IMG/VR virus record: IMGVR_UViG_3300031669_000001
Span: 62,001-126,000 of that record
Direction: 5' to 3' (one strand)
Length of the DNA: 64,000 nt
Shown here piece after piece: positions 55,836 through 64,000 of this stretch. The position numbers and the translations under genes were made by a program. Under the pieces are notes generated by a model. That model saw nothing but the letters and a program-made list of their open reading frames with translations, had not been told where the DNA came from and ran no database searches. Positions within the stretch are counted from its first letter, which is position 1; the number at the start of each line of letters is the position of its first letter.

Positions 55836-55841
55836 TAAATA
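55836..55841 (+). promoter_or_regulatory. Late promoter core (AATAAATA)
   Basis: Upstream of the Sel1 gene. Confidence 0.55.
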
Positions 55842-55867
55842 AAATAAGTCAATTACAAGGAATCATC

Positions 55868-56608
55868 ATGAAACTCCATGAAATTTTAGATCAAGTAGAA
55901 CAAGAACAATTAGATGAAGGTCTAAAAGATTTAATCACAAAGCTCAAAACTAATTGGAAGAAAACCATGATTGCAGGTCTACTTGCAACAGCAACCGCAA
56001 TGGGGCCTTCAGCTGTTAAAGCTTGTGATTTTATTGGATGGAATGATACATTCAAAAATATCCAACATACACAATTAAATAAGCTTACACCAGAAGCAAA
56101 AAAAGCTATCGATCAAAGTGATTATATAAAAGCTGCCAAGACAATCACAAATAAACCTGACGAAATAAATTTAGTTGCAGCATGCCTGGCATTATCAAAT
56201 GATGAAGCTTCTATATCTGTTAAATTCTTAACTCAATTAGCTAAAAAAGATATACCAGAAGCACAATTTCAATTGAGTCTTGCATATTCAAATGGTAAGG
56301 GAGTTGCAGAAAATGATAATGAAGCATTAAAATGGAATGAAAAAGCTGCGTATCATAAAAAATCTCCAGGTGCTACAAGTGCACAAGGATATATGGCTCT
56401 TAATTATATGTATGGGCTAGATAGCAAAATAGATAATGTTAAAGCTTATGCATGGGCTATTATTTCAGTTGAAAATTATATGGAAAATGATACATTTAAA
56501 AGAAAAGATCTTATAAGAACGAGAGAGACTCTTGCAAATTTTTTATCTGATGATCAACAAAAACAAGCTGAAAATTTAGTTAAAAATATTACTAAATCAC
56601 TACATTAA
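55868..56608 (+). CDS. Sel1-repeat protein with propeptide and signal-like segment
   Basis: AQFQLSLAYSNGKGV..DNEALKW..AA; AQGYMALNYMYG..DNVKAYAW; N-term MKLHEILD..EQLDE. Confidence 0.8.
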   Translation: MKLHEILDQVEQEQLDEGLKDLITKLKTNWKKTMIAGLLATATAMGPSAVKACDFIGWNDTFKNIQHTQLNKLTPEAKKAIDQSDYIKAAKTITNKPDEINLVAACLALSNDEASISVKFLTQLAKKDIPEAQFQLSLAYSNGKGVAENDNEALKWNEKAAYHKKSPGATSAQGYMALNYMYGLDSKIDNVKAYAWAIISVENYMENDTFKRKDLIRTRETLANFLSDDQQKQAENLVKNITKSLH

Positions 56609-57272
56609 GAAGTGCTTCAGCTTCTAAAGTCAGCACCTGTTTCTTCGAAAGGTTCTTCTTCGCCAAAACAATCCTCAGGTTCCGTGCATCTGCCAAAATC
56701 TCAGGCGCCAGACCATTTTTAAACCCGTAGATGATTGGGATGATATGGTCGAGGTTGACCGCATCAGGATGTCTACTTGGAGTTGTTCTTGGAAAGTTAT
56801 TTGGGTTCATCGTGACTTTATTCTCACGATAGACTTTTTCAGATAGAATTCTAACATGATCGCAATAATCTCTCCACTTCTTCAGATCATAGGTTCGTCC
56901 GTACTTCTCGACGTATGCTTTTAAAGCTCCAGCAAATCGCTTCTTAGGACCACAAAATCCACAAATTGTTCTACGCGTTATCAAATTGCCAACGCGAGCA
57001 GAAAAAGTATGTCCACAAGCTCTATTAGTTACAGTCACATTCGAATGACTGCCCTGAGTTATGTTGAATTCAACGATGTCATAGCCAAGAGAATCAAATT
57101 GGATCTTCCATTCCTGATTCTGAATAATTCTCTTCAATTTAATGTAACACGAATTGCAATTGCCAGGCTTTGCTGCTGGATGACGTTCTACACTACAAGT
57201 TTGACAGAGGTTCATTGGACATTGTAACATAAAATTCACAGAAAGAGTATTAGTCTGCTCTATAGACAACAA
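56592..57272 (-). mobile_element. HNH-type endonuclease with zinc ribbons, probably homing
   Basis: Cys pairs; LDHIIP..G....NLR.....N.SK; inserted after the gp23 terminator. Confidence 0.6.
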
Positions 57273-57293
57273 AGGACTCCGAAGAGTCCTTTG
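57264..57293 (-). terminator. Terminator after major capsid gene with C(UUCG)G tetraloop
   Basis: CAAAGGACTC-TTCG-GAGTCCTTTG on the minus strand. Confidence 0.8.
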
Positions 57294-57336
57294 CAGTTTT
57301 GATGCTTTTCTTGCTGTTTCGCGTTACTTCTTACGA

Positions 57337-58689
57337 TTACAGGAAGGTTAGGTTGTTAACAACGACCTTTCCATAATAATCGGCCGAGTTCGCAAGCGAT
57401 GAAGCGTTGCTTACGAAGGTGACTTTACCGTAACGTGTCATAACCATCAGCTGGTTGTTGTAGGTCGTTGGATCCACAACAGTGTTGCTGGTCATCAGAG
57501 GAACGTATGGGCAGTAGAAGTAGCCGGTATCTGTTTCACCGCCACCACCTTTGTAACCGACGAGAACGATGTCGGATGTCGAGGTAGCGCCGCCTGGTAC
57601 TGGAGCACCTGCAGCAACGGTTCCGAAGGAAGCGTTAAACAGGAAGCTGTACACTTTGATAGTTCCGTTAAGAACACCAACGAGACGGGTGTTGTTTGGG
57701 CCTTCGAAAGAACCGCTAACAGCTGGTGCGAACACCGACTTAGCAGCAGATTGAAGAACAGAAACAACCTGTGGGGATACAACGATAAAGTTACCAGCAC
57801 CACGACGGGTTTTAGCAGCGATTTCGTTAGCAACCTTGTTGATCAGCACACCGAGAACAGCGTGACGATCACCAACGTAGTGAGGAACACCTGTGAAGGC
57901 ACCAGACATATCGAAGGTTTCGGTTGTACCAGCCAAGCGAATCAGATCGGTAACGATTTCGTTGTCGATTTCGTGAACGATTTCAGCGCTAAGGGCTTGA
58001 GTGATTTCAGCTTCGAGGTCGAGACCATGCTGGGACGAAAGGTCCTGCATTGCTTCGATTGTCCACTTAGCTTGCAGCTTACGGGTCTTAGCAACCACAG
58101 GCTGACGGAGAACTTGCAGACCGAGTGAACGACCTGGGAAGCTTTCCATATCGACTACGTCACCAGCTTCTCCGGAGAGTGGGCTAGAAGAAGTCGAGAA
58201 TGCACCTGCTGGAGTATATGCACCACCAGTAGCAACACCGGTAGTTGGATCATACAGACCACCAGAAGAAGCTGGGTTAACGCCACCAGAGTAGAAACGG
58301 CGCATTTTTGAAGCGTAAGGTTGTGTCCACGATGTGTTACCAAATACTTCATCGTTTACTGCGATGTCTGCAGATCCACCTTCGCTAGTTGTTGCAGCAT
58401 TCTTGTAAGTGAAACGCAGCGAGAACACCAGTCCTGTAGGACCAGTCATAGGCTGCACACCTACGATTTCAGTTGCAATCGTTCCTGGGATGATACGACG
58501 TACCATAGGAAGAATAATTTTTTGGAAACTACCAATGGATCCGGTAGAGTTTGCATCAGCTCCGGCTGTTTCGGTTAGGTACTTGGCTTGGTTATCCAGG
58601 ACCGTCGAGACGATCGAAGCCTTGCGAGGATCTAGACCTTCAAGCAATGCTGCCTTGGTGTCTGCCCAATTTTCGAAGAGTTCCTTCAT
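57337..58689 (-). CDS. gp23: Major capsid protein
   Basis: VGVQPMTGPTGLVF.LR, AKTRKLQAKWTIEAMQDL..HGLD.EAE, RRGAGNF, YCPYVPL, MTRYG; start reset to MKELFE. Confidence 0.95.
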   Translation of the reverse strand: MKELFENWADTKAALLEGLDPRKASIVSTVLDNQAKYLTETAGADANSTGSIGSFQKIILPMVRRIIPGTIATEIVGVQPMTGPTGLVFSLRFTYKNAATTSEGGSADIAVNDEVFGNTSWTQPYASKMRRFYSGGVNPASSGGLYDPTTGVATGGAYTPAGAFSTSSSPLSGEAGDVVDMESFPGRSLGLQVLRQPVVAKTRKLQAKWTIEAMQDLSSQHGLDLEAEITQALSAEIVHEIDNEIVTDLIRLAGTTETFDMSGAFTGVPHYVGDRHAVLGVLINKVANEIAAKTRRGAGNFIVVSPQVVSVLQSAAKSVFAPAVSGSFEGPNNTRLVGVLNGTIKVYSFLFNASFGTVAAGAPVPGGATSTSDIVLVGYKGGGGETDTGYFYCPYVPLMTSNTVVDPTTYNNQLMVMTRYGKVTFVSNASSLANSADYYGKVVVNNLTFL

Positions 58690-58717
58690 TTTTGTGGCTC
58701 CTTGTAAGGTTATCTTG

Positions 58718-59635
58718 TTACTTAACACCAGCCAGTTTCCGAATTCTGGAGAGCTGTGCGTCGTTTAGTTTAGTGCTGTTGTCAACTACGTCTTCTGTTA
58801 CTATTTCTTCGTTTCCGGTTACGAGTTTTGCAGCAGGCTTCACTACAACGCTCTTGTCTTCAACGATTTTTGTTACATCATCTTTCTTTGGATCGCTGAT
58901 TGCTTCTTTCAGAACGCGGCCAATATAAACTTTGTACGCTTCTTCTAGTTTGTCAGTTGATACATTTGAAAGGATGATCTTCATTTGCTCACGAGCGTTA
59001 CCGCTTAGTGGAGCGAGTAATTCTTCTAACTTGCCGTTACGTGCTTCAGCAAGACGTGAATGTTCAATGTCAGCAAGACGTGTTTCAGCATCGTTCAACT
59101 TATCAAGCGCTTCCGCCAGATCAGTTTCAACAGATGAAAGATCTTCCTTGCGGAAACTCTTAAATTCTGCTTCGACTGCTTCAAAAATCTTACGTCCAAA
59201 TTCGAGCTTCTTAACGTCTTCGATGTCTTCTTTAAGTTCAGACATTTCTTCGTCAATACGCACTTCGAGGAACGCGTCTAACTTGTCAACTAGCTGATTC
59301 AACTGCTCACCAAGAAGCTGTGCAAGCCTTTCTTTTTCTTCAACGAGTTTTTCTGCATATTCAACTTCCAAATCGCGGAACTTGTTAATGTCTTCTTTTA
59401 GCTCATCAAATTCTGTTGTGAGGAATTCTTCAATCTTTGTGTCGACCGTTTCGGCAAGCTCTTCTCTTGCCTTGACGAATTCTTCTGTCAGGGTAGAGCG
59501 GATCTCGACTTCAAGCTTGGAACGTTCCTCGGTCAGATATGCATCAACAGCAGTCTTAAACTGCTCATTGAGTTCTGCCTTAGTTTCTTCGCTCAGTAGG
59601 TCGGATTCGAGCAGTTTCTTAAGGATGGAATCCAT
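58718..59635 (-). CDS. gp22: Prohead core scaffold protein
   Basis: Acidic coiled coil, FGRKIFEA, directly upstream of gp23. Confidence 0.8.
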   Translation of the reverse strand: MDSILKKLLESDLLSEETKAELNEQFKTAVDAYLTEERSKLEVEIRSTLTEEFVKAREELAETVDTKIEEFLTTEFDELKEDINKFRDLEVEYAEKLVEEKERLAQLLGEQLNQLVDKLDAFLEVRIDEEMSELKEDIEDVKKLEFGRKIFEAVEAEFKSFRKEDLSSVETDLAEALDKLNDAETRLADIEHSRLAEARNGKLEELLAPLSGNAREQMKIILSNVSTDKLEEAYKVYIGRVLKEAISDPKKDDVTKIVEDKSVVVKPAAKLVTGNEEIVTEDVVDNSTKLNDAQLSRIRKLAGVK

Positions 59636-59697
59636 AGCTTGCTTTCTCCGTATAAAATTGTTGAGGTGAAAAGCTCACCTAATTTTTGTTACAAGAT

Positions 59698-59703
59698 TAT
59701 TTA
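59698..59703 (-). promoter_or_regulatory. Late promoter core (GTAAATA) for gp22-gp23
   Basis: Intergenic; GGAG SD downstream. Confidence 0.65.
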
Positions 59704-59726
59704 CACATGAGCAACAAAAAATGAAT

Positions 59727-60272
59727 TTATTCAGACAATTTCATTTCTTCTAGAAATTTTTTACGTTTTAGGTCGTGATTTGCGCAAGTTCTTGCAAATC
59801 CATCATACTTTCCCTTATATTCTCCAAGACCTTTATTCCAAATAACTCTGCCATTAGCATATGATTCTAATTGACTTTTTGTACAGTTAGCACGCTGTTC
59901 ATCTGTCATTTTTCTTCCACGATTCTTGGCAGCAATCTTTGCAATATGTTCTTTGGTCTTTGGAACCCCTGGCGCTCCACCTAAACCACCTAGTGCATTA
60001 TTCATACACAAGGGATCATCAATCAGAGCTTGATCTACAAATCGAGTTTCAAGAGCGGTGATATAATCTCTCGTAGGTCCAAAGCATAAAATTTCTCGTA
60101 TAAAATTTTCTCTTCCATAAGGTTTGACTGCATTTCTTAAATGATCACCTGAACCAAAATAATTTTTGGTGTGCGTAGAATTCATGTCATTTGTAGAATG
60201 AATTCCAACATAGTACTTACCATTAAGTTTGCAAGTTGAACGATAGAGGAAGTGAATTGATTTCTGTATCAT
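59727..60272 (-). mobile_element. Seg-like GIY-YIG homing endonuclease
   Basis: FLYRST..NGKYYVGIH, YFGSG, YGRENF.REIL, NNALGG, NUMOD3-like EHIAKIA..RGRK. Confidence 0.8.
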
Positions 60273-60314
60273 AGAATGATTTATGACAAAGCAACAAATT
60301 TATGCGCGAAATGA

Positions 60315-60342
60315 AAAAACCTGTTGAATTCAACAGGTTTTT
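60315..60342. terminator. Perfect 28-bp palindrome / bidirectional terminator
   Basis: AAAAACCTGTTGAATTCAACAGGTTTTT. Confidence 0.7.
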
Positions 60343-60374
60343 CTTGTTTTTTGATGTACTAATGTACTAACTCT

Positions 60375-61211
60375 CTATTCAATATCTTTCAATTGATCGA
60401 TCAATTCTGGTGCCTTGTCTTTAAAGTCAGGATCAACTATTCCGCGTTTCTTTTCTGGATTCCACGCTGCAAAATACTTACTTCTAATGTGATAAACTCG
60501 AATTCCTGCAACTATATCAACGCTAAAATTACCAGCTTTACGAACAAGTTCAAGTTTTGACACTGCATCTTCAAGCTTATCAAGTCTCTTGTAGACAGTT
60601 TGATCAGCTAAATCTTCAGTAATCTCAATAGATTCTGAAACTGGAACCCCAACTGCGTGCTTCTTCAAAAATGTCAAAGCTCTTCCAGTAGAGTGTTTCG
60701 CCATTCCAGTTACAGAGTTAAACAGCGATGCGACATTATTGTTCTTATCCTTTGGAGTGAATGAATAAGTCTTGTTACCAATCTTGGTCAGAATTACATC
60801 TTTATCAAGCTTAAAAGCTCCAAGTGAAAGACCTGCAGTGTCTTCTAACAGATCAAAAAGTTCATTCAATAATTCCATAGTGCTTACCTCTCCAATTTCT
60901 TCACCCAAAATTTCACCTCTATTTTTTGAGATGACGTATATTCCATACGAGCGATCTTTGCCCGGGATTTCAGCAGAGATGTTCTTTCCATTGTCCTTTG
61001 AAACAAATCTAAGCTTGTCCGCTTCTTTAGGATAATGTTTCTTTACTTGAGCTTTCCAAAAATCAACGCTACCAGTCACAGGTCGTTTCACTTCTTCTGG
61101 CTTACCATCTTTTCTAGATCCGTCTTTATTAAATCTGGATCTAGGATGACCTTCAGGCCAGGTGTCCTTGTCCTTGTCATAAATCTTGACTCTAACTTCA
61201 TCAATTTTCAC
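60375..61211 (-). CDS. Putative internal head polyprotein
   Basis: MKIDE; internal MELLNELFDLLE and VSESIEITE junctions. Confidence 0.6.
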   Translation of the reverse strand: MKIDEVRVKIYDKDKDTWPEGHPRSRFNKDGSRKDGKPEEVKRPVTGSVDFWKAQVKKHYPKEADKLRFVSKDNGKNISAEIPGKDRSYGIYVISKNRGEILGEEIGEVSTMELLNELFDLLEDTAGLSLGAFKLDKDVILTKIGNKTYSFTPKDKNNNVASLFNSVTGMAKHSTGRALTFLKKHAVGVPVSESIEITEDLADQTVYKRLDKLEDAVSKLELVRKAGNFSVDIVAGIRVYHIRSKYFAAWNPEKKRGIVDPDFKDKAPELIDQLKDIE

Positions 61212-61735
61212 AGATCAAGTCCTAATCCAGCATCTACAACCCAGCAGAGTGCTGCATTTTTCCACTCTTCAAATTCATCAGAATCTTTTATCGTTTTCCA
61301 TGCAACTGCTTTGCTAAGTTTTGTGCCTTTTACTTCGTTGGACCAATCAACAAACCTTCCAATGATGGCCTTTTGCATTGAGATCTTGTCGATGTAAACC
61401 TCAGTGCTATCAAATTCATCGTACTCAGCAATGCCACCATCAAGATCCATTATGAGACCGTATCGCTTCAATTCAGATTCAAATAGTTTTTTGTCTGTAG
61501 AAGCCAAAGCTTCATTTACAACCTCAGAAATGTCATATTCAGTCGCTTTTGTTTGTCCTGGGTGTAACACGTAAACAGCATCACCACCAAACTTAACAAG
61601 CTTTCCAGACTTACCATTAGCTTTAACTTTGTTACCAACTTTCAACTCGCCTCTCGGTCCTTGATTAGGATCTTGACCAAGACCTTCACCTTCACGGTCA
61701 ATAGTTTCCAGCATGTCTTTCAAAATCTTGCTCAT
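61208..61735 (-). CDS. Putative internal head protein
   Basis: MSKILKDMLE; internal VVNEAL. Confidence 0.55.
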   Translation of the reverse strand: MSKILKDMLETIDREGEGLGQDPNQGPRGELKVGNKVKANGKSGKLVKFGGDAVYVLHPGQTKATEYDISEVVNEALASTDKKLFESELKRYGLIMDLDGGIAEYDEFDSTEVYIDKISMQKAIIGRFVDWSNEVKGTKLSKAVAWKTIKDSDEFEEWKNAALCWVVDAGLGLDL

Positions 61736-61736
61736 G

Positions 61737-61943
61737 TCAGTCTTTCTTTGAAATTTGATCTTTAACTGGTTTCAAGAAGTTCTTAAGCTTCCTGCGATTT
61801 GGTATCTTTACCTTCTGGGTGTCAGGATCTACCATCATATTCTGAATTCCACTGTGTTGTGCACCCTTTGTAGGTGACGGCCATGCACGAAGGCTGATAA
61901 CTGTCAGTGGAATCTTAAATTCAAGTAGATCGTTAAGCTTCAT
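61737..61943 (-). CDS. Small basic putative internal head protein
   Basis: MKLNDLLE. Confidence 0.55.
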   Translation of the reverse strand: MKLNDLLEFKIPLTVISLRAWPSPTKGAQHSGIQNMMVDPDTQKVKIPNRRKLKNFLKPVKDQISKKD

Positions 61944-62269
61944 TATTCCTCGTCAGGATGATAATCTTTTTCGTTACTGAAGAATGCTAGACGATCACCT
62001 GAATTAAGTGAAGCAAATAGACCTCCAACTTTTACAGGTTCTTTCCAACCATCTTTGATGCCTAAAGCTTGAGCAAGCTTGGTTACATTCTTAGATGCAT
62101 CGATCGTGTAGATTTCACCTAGCTGTCCCATCGCTTTTGGCGAGTAATAAATTTCAACGCTTTGTGAAATTGACTCTTTCACAACTTTAACTTTGACGCC
62201 TTTATGCTTCATCAAGTCATTAGCCAGAAGCTGTTCAGAAACTTTGTCTTTGCATTCGATAATGATCAT
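61943..62269 (-). CDS. Putative head/core protein
   Basis: Start reset to MIIIECK; internal VVKES. Confidence 0.5.
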   Translation of the reverse strand: MIIIECKDKVSEQLLANDLMKHKGVKVKVVKESISQSVEIYYSPKAMGQLGEIYTIDASKNVTKLAQALGIKDGWKEPVKVGGLFASLNSGDRLAFFSNEKDYHPDEE

Positions 62270-62279
62270 GTTCGTTCTC

Positions 62280-62678
62280 TCAGATAGTTGACAATGCTTT
62301 GATCGCGTTATCAAGGTGTTTGTTTACATTTATAATTTGACCAGAGGCGCGAAGATTTGGCTTGCGAATCGCAGCTCTTTCATGATCTTTCAATCTCGAT
62401 TCTAAAGTTTTTAATTTCTCCTTTAGCTCGCTTGTTTGATCTTCATAATGTGCGAGAGCTGCAGCCTCTCCAGTTCCGATAGCTTCTTCTATCTCGACCT
62501 CGTTCAGCGCGTTCAGTTCTTTTAGTAGATCCATAGACTCTTTAACCTCTCTCCATGATCCAGGATTAGAAACTGCGCTCTTTGGTCCTGTTCGTTTGTA
62601 TTTTTTACTGTTCAACTCAACTTCATCTGCACCATTTGCTTTTTTATCAAGCTGAGCGCTAAGATTCTTGTCTATCAT
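62280..62678 (-). CDS. Putative internal head protein
   Basis: Internal VKESMDLLKELNALNE. Confidence 0.55.
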   Translation of the reverse strand: MIDKNLSAQLDKKANGADEVELNSKKYKRTGPKSAVSNPGSWREVKESMDLLKELNALNEVEIEEAIGTGEAAALAHYEDQTSELKEKLKTLESRLKDHERAAIRKPNLRASGQIINVNKHLDNAIKALSTI

Positions 62679-63211
62679 TTTGATTCCTTTTCTTCGAACT
62701 TCTTGATAGCTTTTTCAGCTTTTTCCTGACGATTAGATATAAGTTGATGTAAACGTTTCAACGCGTTTGTCATCGTCTTAACGACAGTCTTAACTGGATC
62801 ACCTACTACCATTGTAGGTTTTGGAACTGCACGATCACCGCGAGGTCTATCAGCAAACTGACTTGGACCTTGAGAGTAATCTATCTTACCATGCGGAAGA
62901 ACTTTATACTGCATGTTATTGTTGTAGATCTTTTTGCTGTAAGAATAAGCTTCTTTGATCTTACCTTTGAAGTTTAAAGTTCCAGTCTTCTTCTCACGAT
63001 CTGTCGATTCATCCTTCATCCCTAAGGCCAAGATTGCTTTATACTCAGGTGATCTCTTAATTTCAGTGTAAGCTTTCGCGACGTCTTCAGACGTTACACC
63101 CATACCTTTAAGCCAATCAGATATAGTACCTCTAATCCGACCATGCTCACTGTTAGGATTATCCTTCCTAAATGATGGATCGTATGCTTCCAGAAGATCT
63201 TCAACTTTCAT
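62675..63211 (-). CDS. Putative internal head protein
   Basis: Start reset to MKVEDLLE just after the gp21 stop. Confidence 0.6.
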   Translation of the reverse strand: MKVEDLLEAYDPSFRKDNPNSEHGRIRGTISDWLKGMGVTSEDVAKAYTEIKRSPEYKAILALGMKDESTDREKKTGTLNFKGKIKEAYSYSKKIYNNNMQYKVLPHGKIDYSQGPSQFADRPRGDRAVPKPTMVVGDPVKTVVKTMTNALKRLHQLISNRQEKAEKAIKKFEEKESK

Positions 63212-63212
63212 A

Positions 63213-63854
63213 TCAATCTTTCTTGATCTGTTGACCAGTGAGAACTTCAAAGAATATAGCAAGTTCTTTCTTGAAGTACTTTTGAGCAGCTTCATCGTGA
63301 ATCACGGATTCTGCAAGAGTCATGATCTTCTTGTTTCCCATCAGCTCTTCCATGACGTGACCAGGGTATGCATCAGGCGCAGACGGAGTAGCAACTACGT
63401 CAACTGTAACCAAGTTAAACTGAGAAACTTTGCCTTCATTCACGTTACCAGAACCACGAGTAGAAACACCTAGCTTACCGCCAGCGTTCAAGATTGCTTT
63501 AACGATTTGACCTTTTGGGTGCTCTTCGATGATACGAGCTTTACCAAGTGCGTTCTTGCCTTCGATCCACATCTTAGTGATGATGTGAGAGACATTGTTC
63601 AGATCAATTTGGAGATTGTCTGGGTGGTTTAATTCACCGTAGACAGTAAAGCCTTCAGAGATACGCTTGTTAACGTTCTCTACAGCCATAGTGATCTCAT
63701 TGAGAGGGTATTCACGTTGATTACCATTGACGATATCTGCTTGACAGAAGATACCAGACAGGTAAGAGTGTTTGGTTGACTGATGTTCTTCAACTATCAG
63801 GTTAGCCATTGATGGGTTGATCTCTTCGATTAGAATCATATCTTTTCCGTGCAT
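63213..63854 (-). CDS. gp21: Prohead protease
   Basis: GIFCQAD..NGNQREY, YGELNHP, SHII, GVSTRGSG, VDVVATPSAPDA. Confidence 0.93.
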   Translation of the reverse strand: MHGKDMILIEEINPSMANLIVEEHQSTKHSYLSGIFCQADIVNGNQREYPLNEITMAVENVNKRISEGFTVYGELNHPDNLQIDLNNVSHIITKMWIEGKNALGKARIIEEHPKGQIVKAILNAGGKLGVSTRGSGNVNEGKVSQFNLVTVDVVATPSAPDAYPGHVMEELMGNKKIMTLAESVIHDEAAQKYFKKELAIFFEVLTGQQIKKD

Positions 63855-63884
63855 TTTGTTTGCTCCTTAGGAGATTACTTTCAA

Positions 63885-63890
63885 TATTTA
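63885..63890 (-). promoter_or_regulatory. Late promoter core (CATAAATA) for gp21
   Basis: Intergenic; AAGGAG SD downstream. Confidence 0.65.
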
Positions 63891-63912
63891 TGCCATTGAA
63901 TGTAAAGTCTCG

Positions 63913-64000
63913 TTATTTTGTCACTTCTTTCTTAGCAGCTTCTTCAGGCACTTCTTTATTTTCTTCACCAGGTTCCGTCTTACCTTCTTTTCCTGTAGCA
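63913..64000 (-). CDS. Acidic C-terminal end of an upstream gene (possibly portal gp20 or a core protein)
   Basis: ATGKEGKTEPGEENKEVPEEAAKKEVTK-stop; identity inferred only from T4 gene order. Confidence 0.35.
   Translation of the reverse strand, partial: ATGKEGKTEPGEENKEVPEEAAKKEVTK

Noticed and set aside
1-64000. Stop-codon reassignment (alternative genetic code)
   Set aside because: All conserved genes are full length in code 11; TGA and TAG end genes at coupled junctions; the two broken genes are frameshifts, not in-frame stops.
1-64000. tRNA, rRNA, CRISPR arrays or large ncRNA
   Set aside because: No intergenic gap is long enough except those explained by promoters, terminators or small ORFs; no cloverleaf or spaced repeats seen by eye.

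Overview
This window is a 64-kb piece of a large, distantly T4-related tailed myophage (jumbo-phage-like). It is almost entirely coded on the minus strand in the standard genetic code. It contains a glycan-modification cluster (sulfotransferase, acetyltransferase, about six glycosyltransferases, methyltransferase) and a class II ribonucleotide reductase. An early-promoter cassette links a T4 beta-glucosyltransferase homolog to a SAM methyltransferase, a CofD/YvcK-HAD fusion and a sugar nucleotidyltransferase. Also present are the anti-CBASS nuclease Acb1, the recombination/replication genes uvsW, uvsY, uvsX, gp32 and groES, both terminase subunits, and the neck, tail and head genes (gp13, 14, 15, 18, 19, 21, 22, 23). 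More than 20 late ORFs share an N-terminal MK(L/I)x(E/D)(L/I)(L/F)E-like motif resembling the T4 capsid-targeting/prohead-protease propeptide. Several of these carry enzyme domains (kinase, ADP-ribosyltransferase, Nudix, PRTase, lytic transglycosylase, Sel1). Early promoters (GTGn-TAnAAT extended -10) and T4-type late promoters (nTAAATA) are readable throughout. No tRNA, rRNA, CRISPR array, intron or reverse transcriptase was seen. All family calls are by-eye motif recognition, not database searches. The best candidates for undescribed biology are the putative DNA-hypermodification cassette and the large capsid-packaged cargo family.
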